DNA of 63,268 bases, the filler included, from Octopus bimaculoides (Eukaryota), in the NCBI RefSeq assembly GCF_001194135.2. It is 5 parts of 4 records of this genome, joined end to end, with 100 filler letters (N's around TTAATTAATTAA, not from the genome) between each part and the next. Parts side by side here need not be neighbours in the genome. Positions count along the whole stretch, not along the records: positions 1 to 10,703 come from NC_068999.1; positions 10,804 to 20,372 come from NC_068990.1; 3 more parts are not named here. One strand, 5' to 3'. Below the pieces are notes generated by a model. It worked only from the letters and a program-made list of their open reading frames with translations, ran no database searches and was not told the origin of the DNA. Every line of letters begins with the position of its first letter. The first letter of the stretch is position 1. This document shows positions 1 to 13,640 of the stretch, piece by piece. The translations under genes and the position numbers were made by a program.

Positions 1-70
<70 letters not shown>

Positions 71-109
71 CGCACACACACATATATATACATATATACA
101 TACATATAC
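1..109. repeat. (CA)n/(TA)n microsatellite, continuous with the internal low-complexity tract of the adjacent SINE
   Basis: Directly visible dinucleotide array. Confidence 0.95.
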
Positions 110-246
110 GACGGGCTTCTTTAAAGTTTCCGCCTACCAAATCCACTCACAAGGCTTTGGTCAGCCCCGGTCTATTGTAGAAGACACTTGCCCAAGGTGC
201 CACGTAGTGGGACTGAACCCAGAACCATGTGGTTGGTAAGCAAGTT
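110..246 (-). mobile_element. tRNA-derived SINE family A, 5' head (truncated)
   Basis: GACGGGCTTCTT..AGTTTCCG.CTACCAAATCCACTCACAAGGCTTTGGTC..GAAGACACTTGCCCAAGGTGCCAC; recurs more than 10 times in the window; reverse strand has a B-box-like GGTTCAGTCCC. Confidence 0.9.
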
Positions 247-590
247 ACCGTAAACTGGTGTCTCCGTGAGGTTGGTCTGTAGACTCGAAACACACTTACT
301 ATAATTCATTTCAGCAGACTCATATACATACATATATATATACACTACAAATTATCACAAAATGTGAGTCTGCTGAAATGAATTGATGAGCCCACATATA
401 ACATCCAAAGGTACCTTTTCTTTTCCTCTGATGAAATTATACTAATGTCATATATATGTAAATTTAATGTACAAATTTGTAATTAAATTATTGAGTATTA
501 ATTGAAACGGCTGTAAGAAGCGAAGATGACCAATTTCTTAATAATAGACAATTATTAACGTCCTTATCGCCATTTTCTTTTCTTATTACA
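247..590 (+). mobile_element. Putative Penelope-like/retrozyme-like terminal fragment containing a hammerhead motif
   Basis: Interrupts the SINE head; contains a hammerhead-like core at 423-520 and a 20-bp inverted repeat (303-322/365-384). Family assignment is inference. Confidence 0.45.
423..520 (+). ncRNA. Type-I hammerhead ribozyme-like motif (probably decayed)
   Basis: CTGATGA 428-434; stem II AATTATACTAAT pairs with ATTGAGTATTAATT; GAAA 504-507; near-palindromic stem III ACGGCTGT; GUA site 513-515; stem I TTCCT/AGAAG with 4 of 5 pairs. Confidence 0.6.
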
Positions 591-1176
591 AACGCACACA
601 CACACACATATATATATTTATATAAACACACATATATATGTATATATATATATATATATATNNNNNNNNNNNNNNNNNNNNNNNNNNNNNNNNNNNNNNN
701 NNNNNNNNNNNNNNNNNNNNNNNNNNNNNNNNNNNNNNNNNNNNNNNNNNNNNNNNNNNNNNNNNNNNNNNNNNNNNNNNNNNNNNNNNNNNNNNNNNNN
801 NNNNNNNNNNNNNNNNNNNNNNNNNNNNNNNNNNNNNNNNNNNNNNNNNNNNNNNNNNNNNNNNNNNNNNNNNNNNNNNNNNNNNNNNNNNNNNNNNNNN
901 NNNNNNNNNNNNNNNNNNNNNNNNNNNNNNNNNNNNNNNNNNNNNNNNNNNNNNNNNNNNNNNNNNNNNNNNNNNNNNNNNNNNNNNNNNNNNNNNNNNN
1001 NNNNNNNNNNNNNNNNNNNNNNNNNNNNNNNNNNNNNNNNNNNNNNNNNNNNNNNNNNNNNNNNNNNNNNNNNNNNNNNNNNNNNNNNNNNNNNNNNNNN
1101 NNNNNNNNNNNNNNNNNNNNNNNNNNNNNNNNNNNNNNNNNNNNNNNNNNNNNNNNNNNNNNNNNNNNNNNNNNNN

Positions 1177-1220
<44 letters not shown>

Positions 1221-2428
1221 GTATATGTATTTATGTGTTTGTTTGTATGGTTGTATGTGTGTGTAGATGCATATATGCATAGTTAAATGTTTTTATTAAC
1301 ACCCACATAAACTATATATATATGTGTATATATACATATGCCTGTGTACATATATGTATGTTGTATGTATATATATATATAAATGCAAACATATATGCAT
1401 ACATACACACACATATATTACCATATGTACATACATAAACACATTCACATATGTATCGGTAGATGTATATATATGTATATAANNNNNNNNNNATGTATAT
1501 ATATGTATATAATTTGTATATATGCATGTGTGTGTATGCATATATGTGAATATACATATGTATATATGAATATATATATATTTTCACACACACATACACA
1601 CACACACACACACGCTGATATGTCAAATTAAACACACACATATACATAGTTAAAGAATATATGATCGTATTTTTTTTGCCCAAGTCTCGTTTTTCTTGTT
1701 CATGTAATCGTTGTTGCTACAGTTATGGCTGCTATCATTCTTTTTCCTATATTTCTTTTGCATTTCTCGAATCACGCAATATGGTATCCACCGTCGTCAC
1801 TTTCCCTTCTGACATAACGTCTTGTTTACAAGTTTCTTTCGTTGTTTGTTACGCAATATATTTTCCCCTATCGTTATATTATCAGTAATACCTCTGGTGT
1901 TGATTTAGGATATCTTTTTGTGTTTTCTTGTCATTTGATAAAAGAATACACGACGAAACATTCACGAAAATCATCACTTGCATAAGCAACGCTCTCTCTT
2001 TCTTTCTCGATCTGTCTCTATCTTTAAACATCTTCTATACGTTAACGATAAACTAACAAATATTAATGACAAATGAATAAATTAGATGAATGAATAGACA
2101 TATCAACACGTTTTAAGCAATAATAAAAAAAGACTGCTATGTTAAAAAAAAACATCAACGATGCATTCGATTAGATAATAGTCAATTTCGATCGATAGAT
2201 TGAATAATATCAATGAGAAAATACTGAAAAAAAATAATCATAAAATAAAGAATAGGAGAAAGATGAGATGGAATACAAATGTAATTTAAAATGTGAGTAT
2301 TAAGGCTATCACTTGGGATGCATAAAATATTGTGAATGAAAATGTGGACATTTGGAATTACGAGAAATGGATAAGAAAAAGAAGAAATATATTAAAGCGG
2401 ATTCTATAGAATGGTGAGAGTTAGAGAG

Positions 2429-2528
<100 letters not shown>

Positions 2529-2583
2529 AGGAAAAGAGAAAGAATGAGACTGGGAGAGAGTGATGTATATATATGTTTGTGCG

Positions 2584-2625
<42 letters not shown>

Positions 2626-3239
2626 AGCATGTATATATGTATCTATCTAAAAGCACACATATATACATACATAAACAAATATACATGCACATATGAACAT
2701 ATATAGAGAAGCATAGAGCGAGGGAGATAGAAAGAGGGATAGTGGGGTAGAAAGAAAGAGGTGTGAGCTGAGTACGAGGATGGAAAGAGAAAACTGCAGA
2801 AGTAAAAAAGACCAAACTTGCCAAAACGGACTGTGAGTGTGTTTGCGTCATTTATATTGTCCGTTATTGAATGAGACTCTTGCATACGCAGAAAAACACC
2901 CAGACATACATATACACACGCACGCGTACACACACAGGCACGCGTGCACACACACACACATACATGCAGATACATACATATATGGACATAGTGTTCTCTA
3001 CGTACAATAAATCAGTAAGCCACAATGTGTTTGCCGCGTTTGCTGTACCACGTGATTGGATACTAGGCAGTTGGTTGCTAGATGAGATCCATGTCTTTCA
3101 TATTAAAATTTTAAAGCTGAAAACTATAAACCACCACCATATATTTCCACAAATAAAAGATATCAATCTATTTTGCCAGAAAAAAAAAGACAAAAAAAAA
3201 CAACAAAAAGCAAGGTGGCAGATTTAAACATATTTGAAT

Positions 3240-3790
3240 GGGACATCATTCCCATTTCACAACAACATTAAGTCTCGAAATGCATCCATGGATCGTGTTT
3301 GCATGCATAAGGTAAACGATGCAGCTGTCAAAATGATATATAATACTATCTGTAGAAAGATACTCATGAAGGTAAAAATACAATACCCCACAATGTTTTA
3401 AGAGGTACAGACACCCGTGAAGTGAATGCATACAGGTGGAAAGCATATTGCCGAATCATCTGTAAAATGCAGGCACTACAAACCGGATATAATGGCCTGG
3501 AGTTTAAAAATGTAATTTGGGACTGAAAACAACTGATCTGGAATCGTGCGAATTGAAGTGGGGTTTCTTAAAAAGTATATTATGGCACATCGATGACAAT
3601 CCAAATCCAACAAGACCTGAGAAAGGAAGCTTTTTGCTAAGGAAAACATATGACTCGTTGCAGCAAAATCCGAAAACCTTTGTCCTGCATTACATGCTTG
3701 GCCTGGATTGGAACCCACAAGAAGGGCAAAAATGAAGACGCTCTAAAAATAGCAGGCGGCGGGTTACCGAGGTAGAGCTGAAACAGTAGG
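3240..3790 (+). mobile_element. Degraded R4/Dong-like non-LTR retrotransposon, C-terminal restriction-like endonuclease region
   Basis: Manual translation across frameshifts: DAAVKMIYNTICRK, KCRHYKPDIMAW (3465-3500; HN[K/R]PD motif), RIEVG. Confidence 0.6.
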
Positions 3791-6302
3791 GCTCCAATAG
3801 TGGTGAAAAGACAGCTCTGTGAGAGTGGGGATTAGTGAAGTTAAGTCGTTGATTGTCTATATTTCGTAAAGAGCGTAGGAATAAACAGAAGATGAGCGAG
3901 AGATAGAGAAGGATGAAAAGTCACAGGTACACTGATCTGTTTCTTAACTTTAACTCTGTAAACAAAGAGTAGAGGTGAGTGTGGACAGAGAAAATTATAG
4001 AGGAAATAAAGATTGCGAAGGTCGAAGAGAACAGGAAGATATATTTGGAGGGAGAATGCGTTGAAAAGCTCGTAGTTGTAGACAGAGATACATCACTAAA
4101 AATTAAGGTAGAAGAGGAAATAAATAAAGTAAATAATATAATAAAATATAATGAAATTATGATGAAATAAACACAGTGAGTCTTTTATAAAGTGAAGTGA
4201 AGTCACGATAAAGCTGAAAGAGATAAACAAATGAAAATAAGAAAACAAACTGAAACACACTGAAATGAGAATATATAGAGAAGCAGGAAAAACAGAAGTA
4301 AACATCTAGACTGTCACACACATACACAAATACACAGATGTACCATTACAGACACACACACACGCACACACATATGGGCATGTGACTTTGTGTGTGTATG
4401 TGTGCGTATGTGTGCCTGTGTGTGTGTGTACAAAAGAATTCAGGTATACAATGCTTATACATCGACTCACGCATACGTACATTTAATATACACACAACGA
4501 TATAAATGTGTGTGTGTATGTGTGTGTGTGTGTGTATTTTTGTGTGTGCTCGCGTGTGTGTGTATGTGTATGTGTGTGGATGTGTGTGTGAAGGTGTATG
4601 TTTATGCATATAAACAAATGATATTAGAATAGCAACAATGTAAAACGAAAAAACCCCCCAAAAAACATTAAAAGAACCGTACACGAAAATGATCTGCAAA
4701 GAACTCTCGAGAGTAAAATGTGAAGCAGTGAATAGTGAACATCGAAAGAAACGAGGAAATTGTAAAAGAATCTCTAGTTAAACAAAATTTCTAGTTAGTA
4801 GACCACCACAGCTATTTGTTGCGACAAAGTATGAAGTAATTGTCTGTGGAAGAAATTCTAGTTAAAATCAACGAAAGGAAAAATAAATAAACAAAACAAC
4901 AAAAAAATGTACAAGCAAGCAACCGCTCCCCCAAACTAATGTCGTGTTTAGAGAACTGGAAAATTGTAAATAATTGCAAGGATTTGGCTAACTGTATGAT
5001 AGAAATCTTAATAGTTTTGGGGACCTGAAAAGGATTGGTGTACAAAAGATTAGCAGAGAAACTTTTTGAAAAAAATTTAGATTTCAAAAAATATTTAGTG
5101 AGGCAACAACGAAAGGGTAAAAAAATATATTCTTTAAATAGAGATAGATTTTGAAATAAGGGCAACATGAAAATATACTCAAAGGAAAAGGATATACAAG
5201 AGATTAAAAAGATAAAAATAGTTTAGTTAAGCTATCAATGTGGTTGTGAATGGAGATGGTAAGTGCTTAATAGGTTGAGGTACGAAAACAGGAATAAGTG
5301 AAAAGGGGTAGATCAGACTCTTGACTAAGAGGAAGCTTAATTGGATAAAATAGGTTAAAGTAGTGAGAATATGAATAAAAATTTGAAGATAGTATAGCAT
5401 AAAAGTAGTAGTGTATCAGAGAGAGCTTGTAAGGATGCGTCATAGATATCTGACTGAGAGCCTGACCGACTCTGAAGAATCTTATGATCGACAGGGCAGA
5501 TGTAAAGAAGCAACAGAAGTGAAATATATATGTTGTTGTTGTTGGCACTCCGTCGCTTACGATGTCGAGGGTTCCAGTTGAGAAAAGGGTCATAGCCCCA
5601 AGACATAGAAATATAAGCTAAAACTACAACATCGTTTTGTTTTGTTTTCTTTTCGTAGTTTACTTTATATCTTCTCGCATCGTTCCGGCCTTACCCAACA
5701 AGTATCTTTAATGTAATATCAGACACTGTTTCCCCAAAACTACGCCATTTAATATATATAATGTTTGTATAGAACCTATTTAAATATTTAAAATTCTATT
5801 AGTTTGTGTTCGAACTGTTTCTACTATTATCCAGTTAAATTCCAATGGAATGTGTATTTAACTAAAGAAACCTATTATAATTGTATCTGATGCAATCTCC
5901 AAACCTTAACCAAAATGAGTCAGAGAAAGTTCGCATTATGTTTGAATGAGAAGCTCCAACAACAATACTATCTTCAATTAGAACCAGAGTTGGTTTAGAA
6001 ATTACTTTGGACTAAAAAGACTTTCTAATTCCTAATTTATAACTCTTGCAGCTGTTTTAAATTAAAAACACATTTTAACAGTGCTGACGTCTAGACAATA
6101 TATAGAATTTCTGAAATAACAAGGAAAAATATACTGTCGATTGTGTATTAAGCGTTTTGTACCTAATAATATATACGAAACGTATGTGCATATATTAAAT
6201 ACGTAACATACATACGTACACACACATATACGTACACACATATGCATATCTATATTTGTGCATATGTGTATAACCATATACAAATGCAGATAGATATGTA
6301 CG

Positions 6303-6344
<42 letters not shown>

Positions 6345-6489
6345 ACCGTATATTCTTATATGTATTTGTGTATGCTTATACACACATGTACAGATATATT
6401 TGTATATATATATGTATATGTATATGTATATGTGTGTGTGTGTATGTATACGTCTGCGTGTGTGTGTGTATCTTCTATCTTTAATCCTC

Positions 6490-6636
6490 CACTTGTTTCC
6501 GTCGTTAGACTGCGACCATGCTGGAGTACCGCCTCGAACAATTTTTCAGGCGAATGAATCGACCCTAGTACTTATCTTTTGTTAAGCCTGTTACTCATTT
6601 ATCATTCTCTTTTGCCGAACCACTAAGTTACGGATA

Positions 6637-6640
<4 letters not shown>
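6490..6640 (-). mobile_element. SINE family A, 3' half
   Basis: TTAGACTGCGACCATGCTGGAGTACCGCC..TTTTGCCGAACCACTAAGTTACGG; matches the 3' half of the full-length copy at 12139-12527. Confidence 0.85.
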
Positions 6641-6718
<78 letters not shown>

Positions 6719-7559
6719 TGTATACAAGGCGTCCGGGATAAATTTGACGATTTCTTTGTGTCTTTTTTATTCAGAAACAGCTTGGTGTTATATAAACACA
6801 TACACACACACACACCACACACATACATCTCCTCATCTGCATACACACAGCATACACGCATATACACACACACACTTCTCTAATTACTCCAATAGACGCG
6901 CGTAAGTATACGTAGAGACAACTTTCTTTCATTTAGTTACTGTGTGCAGTTTTTGCAGTGACAGATAGACAAAAGTACAACCTGATACAGCCTACTGTCA
7001 AAATATGGAGTCGTAAAATACACAAAGAACATAGAAAATTAATATAAGCCAGAATATGTGAGACATATGTGATATATCAGACGTTACTGTATCGTCGTCT
7101 GATAAACATTTCCTTCTTGAGTTGTCCACCGAAATATTTTGCTGTCACTTGCAGAAACATCTATCCCCACATCGCGTTTATTTAGACATTTAAACATCAA
7201 TTTGAAAATGGATATTGAAAGATAGATGGTTTGATATAAATTATTACATTATCTGATTTATATATTACAGTTAACTCTGACAAAAAAAACAAAACAAACT
7301 CTAAACATAGAACTAGTGAAATTGCTGATCGTTTTTTCAGATCATATATTGCACACGATGTATTTTAAATTTCTTTCATATAGGATATTTTATACAGCGT
7401 TCACGCGTGTGATATCATGGCGTCTGTGGAGATTTTCTTTTTTTTTTATTGGTGTTTCGTTAGGAAGAGAAGAGCAGCGCATGTGACCACTTTTATTTTT
7501 TTTTTTAGGGTTTTCGAGGATTGTGGTTTAATGTGAAGAAATTATTCTCTGACAAAAAC

Positions 7560-7813
7560 CCTGCTCCGAATGTTTGCAACAAATGAGTTCCAGCAATGTC
7601 TGGATGGACTGGAGAAATGTGAAACGAAGTGTTTTGCTCAAAAACATACGGTGCTACGCGGTCCGGGAAACGAAAAGCCACGATACTTCGTTTGAGTGCA
7701 ATACCATAACCAGTTGACTATGTGCCTTCATATGTATCAGAGTCTGGGAATCGAAACCGCGATCCTACGACCACGAGTTCGCTGCCCTAACCACTGGGCC
7801 ATTGCGCCTCCAC
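7560..7813 (-). mobile_element. tRNA-derived SINE family D fragments (two tRNA-like heads)
   Basis: Reverse strand 7813-7741 reads GTGGAGGCGCAATGGCCCAGTGGTTAGGGCAGCG..GGTTTCGATTCCCAGAC (A and B boxes); a second decayed head lies at ~7630-7730. Confidence 0.75.
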
Positions 7814-8415
7814 AAACGTTGTAAGTACAAACATTTCATTGAGTAGAATAAAGATAGGTTTTTTAGTGAGAAAGAAGAATGTTCACCCAAACACTGGTTG
7901 GTAGTAATTTCTGCCGTGAACAATAAACGATATATAATTTGCATTTTCGATTTTCTGATTATTGTCTTACCGTTTTCACCTGCTTCATCATTCTCAGCAC
8001 GTTACGATATATTGGTTTCTAACAAGGATTCTTTTATAAGTAGTTAAAACACGTAAACGAAAACTGAGGTAAAACTGGGAAATGTTTTAGGGCAGTTTAT
8101 ATATATATATATATATAAAACACATTGAGAGAAGGAGAGAAAATAATCGTATCTATACAAATACTAAAATTAAAATACTCACCCGAAAAGACAACCCCCC
8201 CNNNNNNNNNNCCCCCCACACCGCAAAAAAAAGAGAATAAAAAATGAGACCTAAAATAAAACGAAATTCAACTGTTTTATGAATAAAAGTGATCACAGCT
8301 TGAGTTAAATACCCACAGATACACATGCGCGTCAACATATAAACACACATTGACATAGAAACATTTATAAGTATATACGAAAAAAGGCGAAAGCTTCTTC
8401 CTTTGTATTATAGAC

Positions 8416-8475
8416 CAGTGCTCCGCAAGCGGTATGACGCGGCACACTAGTGTGCTACGAGATGATACTAGGTAT
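8416..8475 (+). mobile_element. hAT-like MITE left-end remnant
   Basis: CAGTGCTCCGCAAGC..CGCGGCACACTAGTGTGC resembles hAT/Charlie subterminal motifs; no right end found. Confidence 0.4.
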
Positions 8476-8887
8476 GCCGCAGTGTAACCTGAATATAATT
8501 TTTTTCCCTTATTCTTTTAGTTCAGGGTAAGGACCGCGCAGCCAAGAATAACTATAAGAGAAATCGGCAAATCTGGTTGAACTGAATTTTGATTTTTTTT
8601 ACGTTGAACCGCATTTGCCAACGTTTTCTTGATGAGTAGAGCCGCGCTTATTGTAACATCTTTATGTGACTTGTCAGCGGTTACATACCGACGGCTTCTA
8701 CATATTTCATTCGCAATATATGAATATCATGTAATGCCGGGCTTCCTGAAACAGCTGTCGAGTTATAGTTATGAATTTACACACCTTCTTATCTTCTTTT
8801 GTACATTTATTCTGTATTTTTTTGCTCCATACAGATATATTTCTACAAAGCCCGTGTTTATCTCTCTCTCTCTCTCTCTCCTTCTCT

Positions 8888-8921
<34 letters not shown>

Positions 8922-9458
8922 NNNNNNNNNNNNNNNNNNNNNNNNNNNNNNNNNNNNNNNNNNNNNNNNNNACAGACACATATGTATATGTAATATATGT
9001 GTATACATACGCATAAGTCTATATGTATATATATTTATATATACATGTGTATATGCATATATATCTGTCTGTCTCTATGTGTGTGTCTATGTGTGCATGA
9101 GTGTGTGTGTTTGTATGGATGTGTGTATGTGTGTGTGTGTGTGTGTGACCTCTGCGTCTGTTTTGCTTGGCAAGAAAGAGAGCGCAATAACCTTAATTAA
9201 CTTCTTAAAGAACCAAGAGCGTGTAATTACTTTAATTAGCACCAGGTGGAAACAAATCGTAAAATAGTAAAAGAATGAAGAATGTAAAGAACAAAACAAA
9301 ACGAATCAACAACAATAGCCACAACAGAACAGACAAAACAAAGAAAAAAGTCTAAAAATAACCAAGTCAACATTAGAAGACGATGGGGGTGGGGAAACCT
9401 TACCGAAAGGAAATCATTTAGACACACGCAAACGCACGGCAGCGTAGGCTCTCTTCAA

Positions 9459-9492
<34 letters not shown>

Positions 9493-9526
9493 TACACACA
9501 CACACACAAACACACATACACATACA

Positions 9527-9561
<35 letters not shown>

Positions 9562-9933
9562 GCGCACACGCACATACACAAACACACACACATGCACAAA
9601 GACACTCACACACAAACACACAAACACACACGCACACTTTCTTCATTTCTCTGACACACACACACACACTCAATTTCATTGCCATTATCGTTATTTTACT
9701 ATGTCATAGTTCCTACGAAAATACCAATCATTGCCTTTGTCATCATCATCGTCATCATCATCATTATCATCATCATTACGATCATAATCACCATCATCAT
9801 CATCGTTGTCGTCGTTATCATCAATATCATTATCGTCAACATAAACATCGTCTCTACCATTACAATGTTCTTCGTCATCTCTTGCATCAGTTAAAGGTAT
9901 AGTGCAAAACTACCACCACCACCACCCGAAATA

Positions 9934-10032
9934 AAGTATCATGCTCAAGGAGCACCACGCATCGCCGGGAATTGAACTCACGACCTTACAATCATAAGCC
10001 GAATACCTAACCACTAAGCCACGTGCCTTCAC
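9934..10032 (-). mobile_element. tRNA-derived SINE head (family D-like)
   Basis: GCTCAAGG..CCGGGAATTGAACTCACGACC..CCTAACCACTAAGCCACGTGCC; reverse strand has A and B boxes. Confidence 0.7.
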
Positions 10033-10664
10033 CCCACCAGGATCAAAATTGCCCACTATTACAATTTTTATATAAGACAGTAGTGTTTAATTTAAGGGAG
10101 ATTGGCTGCTATATCAAACAGGTCGAACCAGCGCGTGGAAGTTTTTTCGTTGTCACGCAAACTTTTAGATTATGGTATATGGCAAACACATACTAATATT
10201 TTGCTGCCAGACATAACACAAACAAACGTTAAAAAAACCCCAACAAAAACAAATGAATCTATAAAATGTAAAATGTAAAATTCGTTAATCAATGAACTAA
10301 CTTGCCAGAATCACGTGATTTTGGTATTTGTTATTGCCTGCAGGTATTCTATATCTACTTAAATTTGTCTACGATATTTCGGGGTGAAATTCGACTATAA
10401 TTACTCACGTACTTCACAATGGTAAATGACGAAAATCAATCCGGGACAATATAAAGTATTAGCATAATCGATTTGGACCGCCAACGCCATATTTACTTAT
10501 ACCCATGCACACATACACTCACATACACACACACGTACTCATGCACAAAACCATACATGTGCATATGCATATGTATGTGTAAATTTTATACATACACATG
10601 CATCTATTGGACTCTTGAATCATATACATGCTCGCACACATAGTGGACGGGCTTTTCCTCCATG

Positions 10665-10703
<39 letters not shown>

Positions 10704-10803
10704 NNNNNNNNNNNNNNNNNNNNNNNNNNNNNNNNNNNNNNNNNNNNTTAATTAATTAANNNNNNNNNNNNNNNNNNNNNNNNNNNNNNNNNNNNNNNNN
10801 NNN
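10704..10803. other. Artificial scaffold spacer N44-TTAATTAATTAA-N44
   Basis: Exactly 44 N + 12-mer (10748-10759) + 44 N; identical at four places; the 12-mer gives stops in all six frames. Confidence 0.95.
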
Positions 10804-10854
<51 letters not shown>

Positions 10855-11512
10855 TACATACTACACACGCATATTCATACACATATATATATACATATAC
10901 TTACACATATACATGCATACATCTTCCACAGCAATCCAAAATAGAGCTAAAAAGAAAAAAAATAATAAATGAAAATAATGAGACCGATGAATAGAAAGAG
11001 AACTGGTGGGCATGGTTCTGTTGTGTGGGACCTCAAATTATAAATGTGGAGGGAAAAAAGGATCTATCAAATCACCTGGGTCAAATAATAGCTGAACTTG
11101 GTTTCATGGAGAACAACATAAGCTCATAACTTATATGCAATGGAAAGATGATTGTGATACGTGGGACAATAGAAATATTAAGCACTTTACAATGTTTAAA
11201 GAGTGAAATGAGTCCCACAAGATGAGGTTGCTGTTGCAGCAAATGTCCCTGGCCATTCTCTGCAGTACCAGCATCATGATCATGATCATGTTCATGTGGC
11301 ACAGCTGAATATGCCATTTGAATTTCGCATGTACTACCCATTACTCACCCACTCACTTCATCGTCTGCTGCTTAATCCCCTCCCCTTCTTCTTTCATTTT
11401 CTTTGTTTCCTTGTAATTAAAGTGATTCAATCTTTACAGAAATGAAACTAATTTAATAAACTAAAAACTTCTTAAAGAAAAAAAAAATAGTGAAAGGTTG
11501 TACAAATCCTTT

Positions 11513-11888
11513 ATCATTTAATTGTTTCAGTCAATGGACTGCGGCCATGCTGGGGCACCACTTTGAAGAGTTTTTAGTCAAAAGAATTGACTCTAGTACC
11601 TATTTTTTAAAGCCTGGTACTTATTCTATCAGTCTCTTTTTGCTGAAGTGCTAAGTTACAGAGAAGTAAACAAACCAACACCAGTTGTCAAGTGGTGGTT
11701 GTAGACAAAGACGTACATATACATACATAATGGGATTCTTTCAGTTTCCATACACCAAATCCACTCACAAGGCTTTGGTCAGTTCAAGGCTATAGTAGGA
11801 GACACTTGTCCAAGGGGGCATGCAGTGGGACTGAAGTCAGAATCCACTTGGTTGGGAAGCAAGCTTCTTACCACACAGCCATACCTGT
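11513..11888 (-). mobile_element. SINE family A, full length, CpG-decayed
   Basis: Head and tail both present; CpG sites of other copies read TG or CA here. Confidence 0.9.
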
Positions 11889-12095
11889 GTCAAAGACATG
11901 CTTTTCTCATCCAAATAGTTTTGCAAAGTTCTAAATAAGTGAAAGTCTAATAGAGAAAGATCTGGAGAATATACTCGACATAGTATTTTTTCCTCATTGA
12001 AATGATTCCAGAAAATGTTTTAATGACCTCACACGATTGGTGTGGCACTAGGTCTTGTTGAAAGAGAACCCCTATTCACATCCTGGTTATATTAA

Positions 12096-12699
12096 CACTT
12101 TAGCATGCACATTATTCAGTCAAATGTAATGCTTATTTACTCTTTACTATTTTACTTGTTTCAGTCATTTGACTGCGGCCATGCTGGAGCACTGCCTTTA
12201 GCCGAGAAAATCGACCCCAGGACTTATTCTTTGTAAGCCTAGTACTTATTCTATCAGTCTCTTTTTGTCGAACCGCTAAGTTATGGGGACATAAACACAC
12301 CAGCATTGGTTGTCAAGCGATGTTGTGGGGACAAACACACACACATATATATATACATATATACGACGGGCTTCTTTCAGTTTCCGTCTACCAAATCCAC
12401 TCACAAGGCTTTGGTCGGCCCGAGGCTATAGTAGAAGACACTTGCCCAAGGTGCCACGCAGTGGGACCGAATCCGGAACCATGTGGTTGGTAAGCAAGCT
12501 ACTTACCACACAGCCACTCCTGCACCTATTTTATTCACTTTTTTTTTTTTAATTAATCACACATTATCTCATAGCTTTAAGATTTCAATGATGTGATTGC
12601 TTATTTTTAGAGTAGATATGAGAGGACAGATCTGATCAGTTTGAGCATTTGAAAGGTAGAATATTTCGGCCAGATATGGCCAGTTTAAGTGCTGAAGGA
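12096..12699. mobile_element. TTAA-flanked (piggyBac-like) MITE interrupted by a SINE
   Basis: TTAA 12092-12095 | CACTTTAGCAT ... GTGCTGAAGGA | TTAA 12700-12703; degenerate short TIRs. Confidence 0.6.
12139..12527 (-). mobile_element. SINE family A, full length, young (CpG intact)
   Basis: Complete head, short internal (CA/TA) tract and tail; best reference copy in the window. Confidence 0.92.
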
Positions 12700-13640
12700 T
12701 TAAGGCAGTAAGTTTTCAACTGAAAGCAATCCTCAAACATTGAAGTTGCCGACTGTAGACAATTGTTTGATTCAACCCTAATTAATCACAATGAATAATT
12801 TGTTTCATATCCCTCCAAACAATTAATAGCTGAATTAAGTAAAAAATAGAAAAATGTATGTGTGCATGTGTGTGTGTTTGTGAGAGAGAGAGGGAGAGAG
12901 AGAGAAAGAGAGAGATAGAGACAGACAGAAAGAGAAATAGAGAGATACAGACATAGAGAGAAAGAGAAACCGAGTGAGACACAGATAGATAGAGAGATAG
13001 AGAGAGACAGAGAGATCTTTAACTGCTTTATATCAAGCTTGTGTGGGATAGTTCACATGTTGGATCTATAGTTTTCACAGCTGGATATCCTCCCTGTGAT
13101 GTGAGAGAGGAGGAACACTACTACTACTACTACGACGACGACGACAACGACTACTACTATTATTATTATTATTATTATTTTATTATTACTACTTTACTTT
13201 TTGTTAGGAAAACTGTTATTCATGAGGGGAGAATACAACATGTTTACAGGATAACATCTGTGCTACAGTGACCTCGAACACATGCATTTGCTTCTCACCC
13301 TATATATTAAATTATCGATTTCATGTCCTTATGCTGTGACATGAGGTAATAGTATGTAGCACCTTTATCAACCGGCCTATCCTTTTTTTGTTTAATGACT
13401 GGGGTTGGGTTGCTTAAATGATAGATATGTAGAAAGATAGTATGACTGATAGTTAAGTAAGTAGGGAGAGGTGAAAACTATATATATAAAGACTACCTGT
13501 CCCTCTATCTCTTTATCTCTCCATCTGTCTGTCTGTCTGTCTGTCTGCCTGTCTGTCTATCTATTTGTATGTATGTTGTGGTTTGTATGTATGTTGTGGT
13601 TAGTATGTATATATATATATATATATAAACCAAGAACAAG

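Noticed and set aside
11081-11341. 86-aa ORF with HEHDHDHD, suggesting a metal-transporter His loop
   Set aside because: The His/Asp run comes from a short CATGAT repeat. There is no flanking transmembrane or family motif and no acceptor site.
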